Source: Chiloscyllium plagiosum
Taxonomy: Eukaryota
Length of the DNA stretch: 64,000 nt
NCBI RefSeq assembly: GCF_004010195.1
Contig: NC_057753.1
Coordinates: 3,255,514-3,319,513, forward strand
Reading direction: 5' to 3'
Below the pieces are notes generated by a model. That model did not search any database, was not told the origin of the DNA, and saw nothing but the letters and a program-made list of their open reading frames with translations. A program made the position numbers and the translations under genes. Numbering within the stretch: the first letter of the stretch is position 1; each line of letters opens with the position of its first letter. Of the stretch, positions 10,643-23,008 are shown in pieces.

Positions 10643-13071
10643 CCAGTGAGAGGCCCGACAGAGAGTATTACCCACCCACAACCCAGTGAGAGGCCCGACA
10701 GAGAGTATTACCCACCCACAACCCAGTGAGAGGCCCGACAGAGAGTATTACCCACCCACAACCCAGTGAGAGGCCCGACAGAGAGTATTACCCACCCACA
10801 ACCCAGTGAGAGGCCCGACAGAGAGTATTACCCACCCACAACCCAGTGAGAGGCCCGACAGAGAGTATTACCCACCCACAACCCAGTGAGAGGCCCGACA
10901 GAGAGTATTACCCACCCACAACCCAGTGAGAGGCCCGACAGAGAGTATTACCCACCCACAACCCAGTGAGAGGCCCGACAGAGAGTATTACCCACCCACA
11001 ACCCAGTGAGAGGCCCGACAGAGAGTATTACCCACCCACAACCCAGTGAGAGGCCCGACAGAGAGTATTACCCACCCACAACCCAGTGAGAGGCCCGACA
11101 GAGAGTATTACCCACCCACAACCCAGTGAGAGGCCCGACAGAGAGTATTACCCACCCACAACCCAGTGAGAGGCCCGACAGAGAGTATTACCCACCCACA
11201 ACCCAGTGAGAGGCCCGACAGAGAGTATTACCCACCCACAACCCAGTGAGAGGCCCGACAGAGAGTATTACCCACCCACAACCCAGTGAGAGGCCCGACA
11301 GAGAGTATTACCCACCCACAACCCAGTGAGAGGCCCGACAGAGAGTATTACCCACCCACAACCCAGTGAGAGGCCCGACAGAGAGTATTACCCACCCACA
11401 ACCCAGTGAGAGGCCCGACAGAGAGTATTACCCACCCACAACCCAGTGAGAGGCCCGACAGAGAGTATTACCCACCCACAACCCAGTGAGAGGCCCGACA
11501 GAGAGTATTACCCACCCACAACCCAGTGAGAGGCCCGACAGAGAGTATTACCCACCCACAACCCAGTGAGAGGCCCGACAGAGAGTATTACCCACCCACA
11601 ACCCAGTGAGAGGCCCGACAGAGAGTATTACCCACCCACAACCCAGTGAGAGGCCCGACAGAGAGTATTACCCACCCACAACCCAGTGAGAGGCCCGACA
11701 GAGAGTATTACCCACCCACAACCCAGTGAGAGGCCCGACAGAGAGTATTACCCACCCACAACCCAGTGAGAGGCCCGACAGAGAGTATTACCCACCCACA
11801 ACCCAGTGAGAGGCCCGACAGAGAGTATTACCCACCCACAACCCAGTGAGAGGCCCGACAGAGAGTATTACCCACCCACAACCCAGTGAGAGGCCCGACA
11901 GAGAGTATTACCCACCCACAACCCAGTGAGAGGCCCGACAGAGAGTATTACCCACCCACAACCCAGTGAGAGGCCCGACAGAGAGTATTACCCACCCACA
12001 ACCCAGTGAGAGGCCCGACAGAGAGTATTACCCACCCACAACCCAGTGAGAGGCCCGACAGAGAGTATTACCCACCCACAACCCAGTGAGAGGCCCGACA
12101 GAGAGTATTACCCACCCACAACCCAGTGAGAGGCCCGACAGAGAGTATTACCCACCCACAACCCAGTGAGAGGCCCGACAGAGAGTATTACCCACCCACA
12201 ACCCAGTGAGAGGCCCGACAGAGAGTATTACCCACCCACAACCCAGTGAGAGGCCCGACAGAGAGTATTACCCACCCACAACCCAGTGAGAGGCCCGACA
12301 GAGAGTATTACCCACCCACAACCCAGTGAGAGGCCCGACAGAGAGTATTACCCACCCACAACCCAGTGAGAGGCCCGACAGAGAGTATTACCCACCCACA
12401 ACCCAGTGAGAGGCCCGACAGAGAGTATTACCCACCCACAACCCAGTGAGAGGCCCGACAGAGAGTATTACCCACCCACAACCCAGTGAGAGGCCCGACA
12501 GAGAGTATTACCCACCCACAACCCAGTGAGAGGCCCGACAGAGAGTATTACCCACCCACAACCCAGTGAGAGGCCCGACAGAGAGTATTACCCACCCACA
12601 ACCCAGTGAGAGGCCCGACAGAGAGTATTACCCACCCACAACCCAGTGAGAGGCCCGACAGAGAGTATTACCCACCCACAACCCAGTGAGAGGCCCGACA
12701 GAGAGTATTACCCACCCACAACCCAGTGAGAGGCCCGACAGAGAGTATTACCCACCCACAACCCAGTGAGAGGCCCGACAGAGAGTATTACCCACCCACA
12801 ACCCAGTGAGAGGCCCGACAGAGAGTATTACCCACCCACAACCCAGTGAGAGGCCCGACAGAGAGTATTACCCACCCACAACCCAGTGAGAGGCCCGACA
12901 GAGAGTATTACCCACCCACAACCCAGTGAGAGGCCCGACAGAGAGTATTACCCACCCACAACCCAGTGAGAGGCCCGACAGAGAGTATTACCCACCCACA
13001 ACCCAGTGAGAGGCCCGACAGAGAGTATTACCCACCCACAACCCAGTGAGGGGCCCGACGGAGAGCATTAC
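10643..13071. repeat. 40-bp minisatellite, about 60.7 copies
   Basis: Unit acccagtgagaggcccgacagagagtattacccacccaca. There are 59 identical copies from 10681 to 13040, plus a partial first unit and a degenerate last unit. Confidence 0.99.
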
Positions 13072-13296
13072 AATGTCAATCAGTAAGTTTAAATTTGTAA
13101 GGGGCTCCACCAATTCACAAATTGAAAACAATACAAAGAACTACGGATGCTGGAAATCTGAAACGAAACCAGAAATCGCTGGGAGAAACTCCACGGCAGG
13201 TCTGGCTGCATGTGCAGGCAGACAGCCCATTCTGAAGATGTGTCACGGGGACTCTGCTTTCTCTCCCCTCAGCTGCTGCCGGAGCTGCTGAATTTG

Positions 13297-14355
13297 TAGA
13301 GTCATGGACTCTCCTGCAGCATGGAGAATGGCCTTTTGGCCCAAACTGGTCCATGTTCATCCTTGCTAACCCCATTTCCCTGCACTTGGCCTATATCCTT
13401 CTAAACCTTTCCTCTCTGTGTATTTGTCCAAATGCCTTTTAAATGTTGTTATTGTACCCGCCTCCACCGCATCCGCTGGCAGCTCATTCCATATGCGTAC
13501 CACCCTCTGTGTAAAAAAAGTTGCCCCTCAGGTTCCCTTTTATTCTTTCCCCTCTAACGATGCCCTCTCGTCCTCAATTCCCTCACCCTGAGAAAAGAGA
13601 CTGAGAGCCTTCACCCGATCGATCCACACCTCTCATGACCACGTACTTTTCTATAAGATTCCCCCCCTCAGTCTCCTACACTTGAAAGAAAATAGTCCTA
13701 GCTGTCTAACGTCTTCCTATCAAGTTAAAAATCACACAATACTGTATCAGGTTGTAGCCCAACAGGTTTAGAACAAAGAAGAAGGAAAATTACAGCACAG
13801 GAACAGACCAAGCCTGTGTCGATCCAGATCCTCTATCTAAACCTGTCCCCTATTTTCTAAGGATCTGTATCCCTCTGCTCCCTGCCCATTCATCTATCTG
13901 TCTAGATTCATCTTAAATGATGCTATCGCTCCCTCCCCTACCACCCCCTACCCCTGCATTGCAGGCCCCCACCACTCAGCATAAAGAACTTTCCACGTAT
14001 ATCTCCCTTAAACTTTTCCCCTCTCACTTTGGATCCTTGACCCCTCGTAATTGAGTCATCCAGTCTGGGAAAAAGTTTCTTGCTATCCACCCTCTCTACA
14101 GCTCTCATAGTTTTGCAGGCATCAATCGAGTCTCCCCTCGACCTCCTCCTTTCCAATGAAAATAATCCTAATCTGCTCAACCCCTCCTCATAGCTAGCAC
14201 CCTCCACACCAGGCAACATCCTGGTGAACCTCCTTTGCACCTTCTCCAAAGCATCCACCATCCTTTTGGTGACCAGAACTGTTAGCAGTATTCCAAATAT
14301 GGCCAAACCAAAGTCTTATGCAACCGTAACATGACCTGCCAACTCTTGTACTCAA
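13297..14355 (-). mobile_element. Two CR1 3' fragments
   Basis: ALEKVQRRFTRMLPG...LGLFSLERRRSRGD. Confidence 0.85.
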
Positions 14356-14670
14356 TTTTAATTTGGAAGTAGGAGCTTTTGGAGTTTTGCTTCTTTATCA
14401 GGCAACTAGTGGGGCAGGACCATAGGACACAGAGTTTATAGTAAAAGATGAAACTGTTATACAAATGATGCGAACAAATCTGGATTGTGATGGCTTTAAT
14501 CGCTTAGAATGGGTTGCAGATTTCGATTCATTAACACGCAAATCTGAAAACTTCTTTCATTACACCTTCCTGACATAACTTCAGGTTTTATTTCAAAAGG
14601 GTGACACCTCAGCTCAGACAATGCATTAAAGGTGTGAGGTTAGAGTCTGCCTGTGTGCCAACTTGAAGTT
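14355..14670 (-). mobile_element. Penelope-like fragment, family 2 (its tip at about 13720-13770 is separated by a CR1 insertion)
   Basis: aagttaaaaatcacacaa...ccaacaggttta resumes after the CR1 as taatttggaagtaggagcttttggag...tttatcagg (degenerate hammerhead). Confidence 0.55.
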
Positions 14671-14683
14671 ATGATTATATTCG

Positions 14684-15247
14684 TGGGCAGCACGATGGCT
14701 CAGTGGTTAGCACTGCTGCCTCACAGCGCCAAGGTCCCAGGTTTGATTCCAGCCTCGGGTAACTGCCTGTGTGGAGTTTGCACATTCTCCCCCCTGCCCC
14801 GTGTCTGTGTGGGTTTCCTCTGGATGCTCCGGTTTCCTCCCACAGGCTAAAGATGTGCAGGTTAGGAGAAACGTCTTCACCCAGCGAGTGGTGGGTGTGT
14901 GGAATGCTCTGCCACAGAAGGCTGTGGAGGCCAAGTCTCTGGATACTTTCAAGAAAGAGTGGGATAGAGCGCTTAAGGCTGGTGGAATCAAGGGTTATGG
15001 GGATAAGGCAGGGACAGGATACTGATCGAGGATGATCATAATGAATGGTGGTGCTGACTCGAAGGGCAGAATGGCCTACTCCTGCACCTATTGTCTATTG
15101 AATTGGCCACCCTAAGTTGCCCATAGTGTTACGCTGATTAGTCAGGGGTAAATATAGGGTAGGGGAAGTGGGTCTGGGTTAGTCTTCGGAGGGTTGGTGT
15201 GGACCTGTTAGGGCCAAATGGCCTGGTTCCATATTGTAAGGATTCTA
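14684..15247 (+). mobile_element. HE1-type SINE interrupted by a CR1 3' end (about 14864-15100)
   Basis: The SINE stops at gtgcaggtt and resumes at aattggcca after a CR1 tail ending cctattgtctattg. Confidence 0.8.
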
Positions 15248-15469
15248 AACTATTTCCAAAGTAGGAATTGATAAAATGTCACTTGGACTGCCTGCAGATT
15301 TTATGCTTGTTGCACGAAATAGAATACATCTGCAAATGCAAATTCATCCCATAGGCTTATGTGTGTGGGAGGGAGGGAGGGAGATACTGTGTGCAGGTTT
15401 GACCTCTCAGAGGATATGCCTGTGGGAAGGCGTGCGCGTGAGTGTTTTGAGAGGCTGGTGGATGTCTGA

Positions 15470-16010
15470 GAGCGCGCACGCCTCAGGTCACAATGGGGGG
15501 GGGGGGTGGGACCCCTGATTGACAGCCGTTGCGGACCAATAGACAGAGCGGTGGCGGCCGGCCCTCCGACCAATCAGAGCCAGACCCGGGCGGGTCGCAC
15601 GCGACGGACCCCCCCACCACCCTGCGCCCGACTCGCCGCGCAGGCGCAGTTGCCGGTGGTGACCGTTGCTGGGGCCGCCCGTGGGAAGCCGTCGGAGATT
15701 GTGGACGGTGAAAGGTGAGGAATGTCACGACCTGCGGTGGACGAGGCAGTTTCCTGGAGGCTGGGAGGTGCTTCCGATCGGAATGGCAGGATCGCGGTCC
15801 CGGTCCGCGGCCGACCAGGACAAGGCCGCGGATCCGAAGCCGGGCAGTGCCCGGTGGTGGTGGTGGTGACCGCCATCTTAATTGGGGGCAAAGTCTGGCA
15901 GGGCGCATGCGTAGCATTGTCCCCCTGGCCTGGAGAGGATGGGGTGATGGCCGCCATTTTAATTGGGGGCAAGGTCGAGCAGGGCGCATGAGCAGTGCAT
16001 TCTCTCTCCC
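15470..16010 (+). promoter_or_regulatory. CpG-island promoter and non-coding exon 1 of gene B
   Basis: CpG-rich. CCAAT boxes at about 15536 and 15570, NRF1-like GCGCAGGCGCA at about 15638, splice donor aag|gtgagg at 15714/15715, and two YY1-like CCGCCATnTT motifs. Confidence 0.75.
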
Positions 16011-16576
16011 CCCCCCCCCCCCCAATGAATATCAGCTTCTTTCCAATTTATATCCTAGATTTGCAGCCTTGCATTTCATAATTTGCTGTTTGGAGGATAT
16101 TAAATGGGAATGATTTTGCAAGCAGCAAACAAAATGGTCACCAGCCTGGGGCAGCGAAACGAAGATGGTTCACAGTTTGGGATTTGGGAGGAGAGAGAGA
16201 GAATCATTGTAATTCCAATCTGATTCATTAATTTGATTTCTTTTTAGGTATACAGCACGTAAAACTGGACTCGTCCCCTTTTGCCTACGCTTGGCCCATA
16301 CCCCTGGAAACCTTTCGTATCCATGTACCTGTTCAATTGTCTTTTGAGTGTTGCAGTTATAGCCATCCCTCCAACTTCCTCTGGCAGCTCACTTCATATA
16401 TACACACCAGCCTCTTCGTGAAAATGTTGCCCCTCGGGTCCATTTTACATCTTACTGCTCTCTTTTGCCCTCCAGTTTTGGACACCCCCAACCCTGGGGA
16501 AAATACTTCGGCTGTTCATCTTACCTGTGCCCCTTGTGGTTTTAAAAACGTCTGCAAGGTCATCTCCTCAACTATG

Positions 16577-16938
16577 CAAAAGTGAGGACTGTAGATGCTG
16601 GAAACCAGAGTTTAGATCAGTGTGGTGCTGGAAAAGCACAGCAGGTCAGGCAGCATCCGAGGAGCAGAAAAATTGACGTTTCGGGCAAAAGCCCTTCATC
16701 AAGAATAGAGGCAGGGAGCCTGCAGAGTGGAGAGATAAATGCGAGGGTGGGGGTGGTGGTGGGCTGGGGAGAAGGTAGCAAACAGTACAATAGGTGAATG
16801 CGGGTAGGGATGGAGGTGATAGGTCAGAGGGGAGGGTGGGGGAAGGTAGCATAGAGTGCAATAGGTGAATGGGGGTGGGGATGGAGGTGATAGGTCAGAG
16901 AGGAGGGTGGAGCGGACAGGTGGGAAGGGAGATTGGTA
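16577..16938 (-). mobile_element. Penelope-like 3' fragment, family 1, with internal ~65-bp duplication
   Basis: Same terminus as 10498. Hammerhead variant TTGATGA at about 16672-16707. Runs into an N gap. Confidence 0.8.
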
Positions 16939-17162
16939 NNNNNNNNNNNNNNNNNNNNNNNNNNNNNNNNNNNNNNNNNNNNNNNNNNNNNNNNNNNNNN
17001 NNNNNNNNNNNNNNNNNNNNNNNNNNNNNNNNNNNNNNNNNNNNNNNNNNNNNNNNNNNNNNNNNNNNNNNNNNNNNNNNNNNNNNNNNNNNNNNNNNNN
17101 NNNNNNNNNNNNNNNNNNNNNNNNNNNNNNNNNNNNNNNNNNNNNNNNNNNNNNNNNNNNNN

Positions 17163-17790
17163 CCTGTCTACTTTGTGATGCCACTTTTAAATAACTGTCC
17201 CTGTACTCCTAGGTCTCTCTGTTCGACAAGACTCTATTATTAACTGTGTAAGTCCTGCCTTCGTTTGTCTTCCAAAATGCAACACGTTGCATTTATCTGA
17301 ATTAACCTCCCATCTGTCGTGCCTTGGCCCTCGAGCTGAGTTAATTAATATTCCTTGTAATCTTAAATAATCTTCTTCATAGTCCACTATATGATTTTGG
17401 TATCATTGGCAAACTTACGAACCGTGACTCCTATACTCTCACCCAAATCATTTAGATAAATGACGATGTGGATCCAGCATGGATTCTTGCGACATGCCAT
17501 TGGCCACAGGCTTCCAGTCTGAAAAACAAGCCTCTACCCACCACCCTCTGTGTTTTACCATCCAGCCAATTTGTATCTAATTGCCAGCTTTCCCTGGATG
17601 CCGTGTGATTTAACCAAACTAACCAGGCTCCCATGTGGTACCCTGGCAAAGGCCTTGCTGAAGTCCTTGTAGACAGCGTTTGCCGCATTGCCCTCATCTA
17701 TCTTCTTGGTCACGTCTTCAAATCCAAATTCAGTCCAATTTATGAGACACGATTTCCCACTCACAAAGAATGCTGACTGTCCTTACTCAG
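17163..17790 (-). mobile_element. CR1 RT fragment
   Basis: GKSCLIN...VYKDFSKAFARVPHG. Confidence 0.85.
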
Positions 17791-18353
17791 TCGTTTAGAG
17801 ATTCTCAATCTGCAGAGAGGAGCTCAAGAACCGAAGCCATTGCAGAGGAAAGGCAGGGAGGTGAAACCCAGGAAAGAAGGAATGTGGTGGTAATGGATTT
17901 GGGTTTCAGTCCAAGGAGGAAGGAGAGCGTGTGGGTTCTGGGATTTATAACTTTGCGCAAGAAGTGAAGGGGCAGTCTTCCATAAAAACTCGAAGTGTGT
18001 GCTCTGAATTTCTACCCTGTCCTGACAATGATGACATTTGTAAACATAGTTTATCCTTTTACAGGCTTTGAGAAGGGAAAGATTGCGAGATGCACGGCTG
18101 GGACCAAACAGCACCTCGGGATCTGAATATCATTGGCCTTTGAGTTTGGAGGGAGGAACGCTTGGCCGAAAGGGAAGATTTAAAACCTCAGTGTGAGTGG
18201 AAAAGCACGAAAACGTATACACACCCCCCTGAGTGACACTGTTCCAACAAACAGACTGTGGAAAGGAGTTTAAAACTACTACACCCTGAAAATCATATTG
18301 CACTCTTGATAGTGGGGAGAGATCATATATGTGTTGCGTGTGAACAAAGCATC

Positions 18354-19196
18354 ATGGTCAAACCGTTGACATGTGGGGACTGTGGCAAACGATTCGATTA
18401 CCCATCCCAGCTGGAAATTCATCGCCGCAGTCACACTGGGGAGAAACCATTTGTCTGTTCAGTGTGTGGGAAGGAGTTCACCAAGACAACCTGCCTCATG
18501 TTACACCAGCGCATTCACACCGAGGAGAGGCCGTTCAGCTGCACTCGCTGTGAAAAGAGGTTCATTTCTTCGTCTGACCTCAATCAGCACCAGCGGGTTC
18601 ACACCGGTGAGAGACCATTCATTTGCTCCCAGTGTGGGAAGGGATTCACAAAGTCATCCAACCTGGTGACTCACCAACGGATTCACTCTGAGGAGAAGCC
18701 ATTCCACTGCACTTACTGCGGGAAGCGTTTCAAATATTTACACAGCCTCGAAGAACACCAAAGGGTTCACACCGGGGAGAGGCCGTTCACGTGCTCTGTG
18801 TGTGGGAAGGGATTCACTCAGCCATCCAGTCTGGTGAGGCACCAGCGGGTTCACACCGGGGAGAGGCCGTTCAGCTGCTCCGTGTGCGGGAAAAGCTTCA
18901 GGCAGACGTCTGCCCTCATCACGCACCAGCGGGTTCACACTGGGGAGAAACCGTTCCCCTGCTCGGTGTGCGGGAAGGCCTTCACTGTCTCATCCACCCT
19001 CAAGGCACACCAGCAAACTCACTCTGCGGAGAAGCTCTTCGACTGCTGTCACTGTGCTAAGTCCTTCAGGTGTTCATCTGCTCTGCTCGCGCACCAGCGG
19101 GTTCACACCGGAGAGAGACCATTCATCTGCTCCGTGTGCGGGAAGGGATTCACTCGCTCCTGCAGTCTGGTCACGCATGAGCGACTCCATAAATAA
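18354..19196 (+). CDS. C2H2 zinc-finger protein (gene B), 10 fingers, about 280 aa
   Basis: First in-frame ATG at 18354 (atcATGG); the ORF track start at 18258 is GTG. Ten C2H2 fingers, ending HERLHK-stop. Acceptor ttttacag|gctttg at 18063-18064. Confidence 0.95.
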   Translation: MVKPLTCGDCGKRFDYPSQLEIHRRSHTGEKPFVCSVCGKEFTKTTCLMLHQRIHTEERPFSCTRCEKRFISSSDLNQHQRVHTGERPFICSQCGKGFTKSSNLVTHQRIHSEEKPFHCTYCGKRFKYLHSLEEHQRVHTGERPFTCSVCGKGFTQPSSLVRHQRVHTGERPFSCSVCGKSFRQTSALITHQRVHTGEKPFPCSVCGKAFTVSSTLKAHQQTHSAEKLFDCCHCAKSFRCSSALLAHQRVHTGERPFICSVCGKGFTRSCSLVTHERLHK

Positions 19197-19622
19197 CTAG
19201 GGGGATTGGACTCTGCTGTCATTTATGTTGGCAAGCACATCCGGGCTTATTTGTCTGACACCTTTTGTATGTGCTGTGAGAGCAATCGGTACAACCCATT
19301 GGAGTTTAATATTCTGGATACGTCACTGATATTTAAAGCAGTGCTTTCTCACCTTCAAGATATTTGTGCTCCTTCACGTTAACTGAAGAATTCTTAATAG
19401 GAACTAATTTACAATAATATTGTGAACTTTTAGTTCAATCCTGAACGGATCTTCGGTGCAAAATCTATGATTCAGTGTCTGAAAGATGCCACTCATTAAC
19501 ATCTCCAATGAGAAAGTGCTGATTAATCCTTGCTGACAATTCTCACTGACCTGTGCACTCTTCAATGTGATACCTCAGGTTCACAGTTATCGAAAAGCAA
19601 TTCTGTGAAATGGACACCTCGC

Positions 19623-19658
19623 AGTCCTGATGAAGGGCTTATGCCCGAAACGTCGACT
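19623..19658 (+). ncRNA. Minimal type-I hammerhead ribozyme motif (Penelope-derived), intact core
   Basis: agtc-CTGATGA-a-gggc-ttat-gccc-GAAA-cg-TC-gact. Stem I is AGTC/GACT, stem II is GGGC/GCCC, stem/loop III is the palindrome ACGT, and the predicted cut follows the GUC ending at 19654. Confidence 0.75.
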
Positions 19659-20496
19659 CTCCTGCTCCTCGGATGCCGCGGTGCTTTTCTAACGCCGCGC
19701 TCTCGTCCTCAGAGTCTCCGTTCTGCAGCTTCCCATCAGTTTGAGTTGGGAAATCCCACCATTTGAGATTGAAAAGGCTGCTTCCCAAGCAGAAAGGCCC
19801 AAGCGAGGTGGGGTTGCAGCCGGATTGCTGATGCAGAAAAAGACCCATCTACTGTAACGCCCTCCTCCACCTCTGTCACGAGGTAGGATCCCTTTCAGAG
19901 AGTGTGCATGTCACAAAAAGCATCCCGATATATCAAAAAAAAGCGATAGAGGAGATTGCAGCAAGGCATTTGTTCTTCAAAATTCCATTCCTCAGATTCA
20001 TCTGCTCTTTTTGTGACCACGTGTGCTGTACAGTACGGCTGAACGAAGATTGGAATAAAACAGAGGTGTTTCTCAGCTCCCACACTGTTTGGTTTTTTTT
20101 TCCCCTTCTCCATTCTCCATCCCCTGAAGATATGAAAGGAGTTTATCCAAGACAGCAAAGTTGACCGTCAGCCCAAACTGAAAACCAAGTTAACAACATA
20201 GCACGTCTTTGTACAGAGAATTCCTCGACACGGAAGACATTACAGTTTGTAGATGGGATTGATTCCGATGCACGGTGCATGGTGAGTTGTCAGAACGGTT
20301 GTTAAAGGCTCTCATGTCTGGTTGGCTTGGTTGCTGACTGAGTTGTGTCTGATTGGATGGAAAATCAAGAGTGGGGTAAAGTGCTTCAGCAGCAGTGATG
20401 GGTCCAACATGGTCCAAGCTACACCAGGTCATGGTGACCACCATGCAACCATCACAGGCAATCACAGTACCATGTTAGAGAACTTTGGAGAATAAT

Positions 20497-23008
20497 GGTG
20501 GCACGGTGGCTCAGTGGTTGGCACTGCTGCCTCACAGCACCAGGGACCCGGGTTCGATTCCAGCCTCGGGCGACTGTCTGTGTGGAGTTTGCACGTTTTC
20601 CTCGTCCATGCCAACCAGATATCCTAACCTAATTGAGTTCCATTTGCCAGCACTTGGCCCATATCCCTCCTTACCCTTTCTATTCATGTGCCCATCCAGA
20701 TGCCTTTTAAATGTTGTTATTCCGCCAGCCTCCACCAATTCCTCTGGTCGCTCATTTCATACACGCAGCACTGTCTGGCCGTTGTACGTCCCTTTTACAT
20801 TTTTCCCCTCTCACCTAAACAAATACCTTCTAGGACATTCCAGCTCAGTCCAGGCCCTTCGGCCCTCGATGTTGAGCTGACCTCTGGAACCAATCCGAAG
20901 CCCATTTATCCTACACTATTCCATTTTCATCCATATGTTTATCCAATGACCATTTAAATGCCCTTAGAGTTGGCGAGTCCAATCCTGTTGCAGGTAGGGT
21001 GTTCCACACCTCTACTACTCTCTGAGTAAAGAGCCTACCTCTGGCCTATATCTATCACCCTTCAATTTAAAAGAGGAAAAAGGCTCTCACTGTCCACCCT
21101 GTCTAACCCTCTGGTTATCTTATATGTCTCAATGAAGTCACCTCTCAACCTTCCCTCGAACAAAATCAGCCTCAATCCCTCAGCCATTCCTCACAAGACA
21201 TTTCCCTTCATACCAAGCCTTTCTCTCTAGTTCTGGACCACCCCTCCCCCCCCCACCCCCTCAGGGAAACGACCGTGTCTATGTAGAACATAGAACAATA
21301 AAGCACAAAACAGGCCCTTCGGCCCTCAATGTTGCACCGACCTGTGAACTAATCTAAGCCCATCCCCCTCCACGATCTCATCATCATCCGTATGCTTATC
21401 CAAGGACTGTTTAAATGCTCTTAATATGACTGAGTTAACTATATTGGCAGGCAGTTCATTCCACATCCTTATCACTCTCTGAGTAAAGAACCTGCCTCTG
21501 CCATCAGTCTTAAATCTATCACCCCTCAATTTGCAGCTATCCCCCCTCGTACAAGCTGACGTCATCATTCTAGGAAAAAGACTCTTACTGTCCACCCTAT
21601 CTAATCCTGTGATCATCTTGTATGTCTCTATTAAATCTCCTCTTAGCCTTCTTCTCTCCCATGAGAACAGATCCAAGTCCCTCAGCCTTTCCTCATAAGA
21701 CCTTCCCTCCAGACCAGGCAACATCCTGGTAAATCTGCTCTGCACCTTTTCCAATGCTTCCACATCCTTCCTGTAATGGGGTGACCAGAACTGTACACAA
21801 TATTCCAAGTGTGGCCGCACCAGCGTTTTGTATAGTTGCAGCATGACATACTGCTCCGGAACTCAATCCCTCTGCCAATAAAACTTAAGAACCATAAGCC
21901 TTCTTAACAGCACTATCAATCTGGTGGCAACTTCCAGGGATCTATGTACATGGACACCAAGATCCCTTTGCACATCCACCCTACCAAGAATCTTTCCATT
22001 GATCCAGTAATCTTCCTTCCTGTTATTCTTCCCAAAGTGCATCACCTCACATTTATCTGCATTGAACTCTATTTGCCACCTCTCCACCCAATTCTGCAGT
22101 TTATCCAAGTCCCCCTGCAACCTGTAACATTCTTCCACACTGTCCACTACTCCACCGACTTTAGTGTCGTCTGCAAACTTACTAACCCATCCACGGATGC
22201 CTGCGTCTAAGTCATTTATAAAAATGACAAACAGCAGTGGTCCCAAAACAGATCCTTGTGGCACATCACTAGTAACCGGACTCCAGGCTGAATATTTTCC
22301 ATCAACCAACATTCGCTGCCTTCTTACAGAAAGCCAGTTTCTAATCCAAACTGCTAAATCCCCCTCAGTCCCATGCCTCCGCATTTTCTCCAAAAGCCTA
22401 CCACGAGGAACCTTACCAAAGCCTTTACTGAAGTCTATGTATACCACGTCAACTGGCCGTACTCTCTCCATGCCCCTCATGATTTTATAAACCTCTATAA
22501 GATCACCCCTTACCCTCCGACGTGCCAGGGAAAACAGCCTGAGCCTATTCAGCTTCTCCCTACAGCTCTCCCTATAGCTCCATCCCTAGCAACACCCTTG
22601 TAAATTGTCGTGAGAGAGGGAAATGCAGTGGATGAGTTGTCAGTAGGTATTTGATAAGGTGCTGGACAGCAAGCTCATTGATAAAATCAACCTCGTGATA
22701 TTAAAAAGAGTGGGGCAGTGTGGATAGAAAGTTGTGGCAACCATGAAAAATGGAGAGTGGTGGTTTTTGAATGTTCTTCAAACCAGAAGGATGGAAACAG
22801 TGCTGTCAACAGGGTCAATGATGGGTTCACTGCTCTTCCCAACATTTGAGAAATAATCTGGACCAGATGGGCTGAGAAGTGGCAGATGGAGTTTAATTCA
22901 GATAAATGCGAGGTGCTCCATTTTTGGAAAGCAAATCTTAGCAGGACTTATACACTTAATGGTAAGGTCCTAGGGAGTGTTGCTGAACAAAGAGACCTTG
23001 GAGTGCAG
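20497..23008. mobile_element. Cluster of a SINE head and CR1 fragments, including a well-preserved minus-strand RT at 21285-22450
   Basis: DVVYIDFSKGFGKVP...[20 protein letters not shown]...SKFADDTK and LYKTLVRPHLEYCVQFWSPH. Confidence 0.9.

Noticed and set aside
10643..13071. CRISPR array
   Set aside because: Units are head-to-tail identical with no unique spacers, there are no cas genes, and the context is eukaryotic.
15483..16113. Protein-coding ORFs in CpG islands (also 33707-34361 and 49239-49998)
   Set aside because: Overlapping Arg/Pro/Gly-rich ORFs on both strands are expected in GC-rich promoters, and none has a recognisable domain.
21326..22480. Functional reverse transcriptase gene
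   Set aside because: 5'-truncated and frameshifted CR1 fragment. No intact autonomous element is visible in the window.
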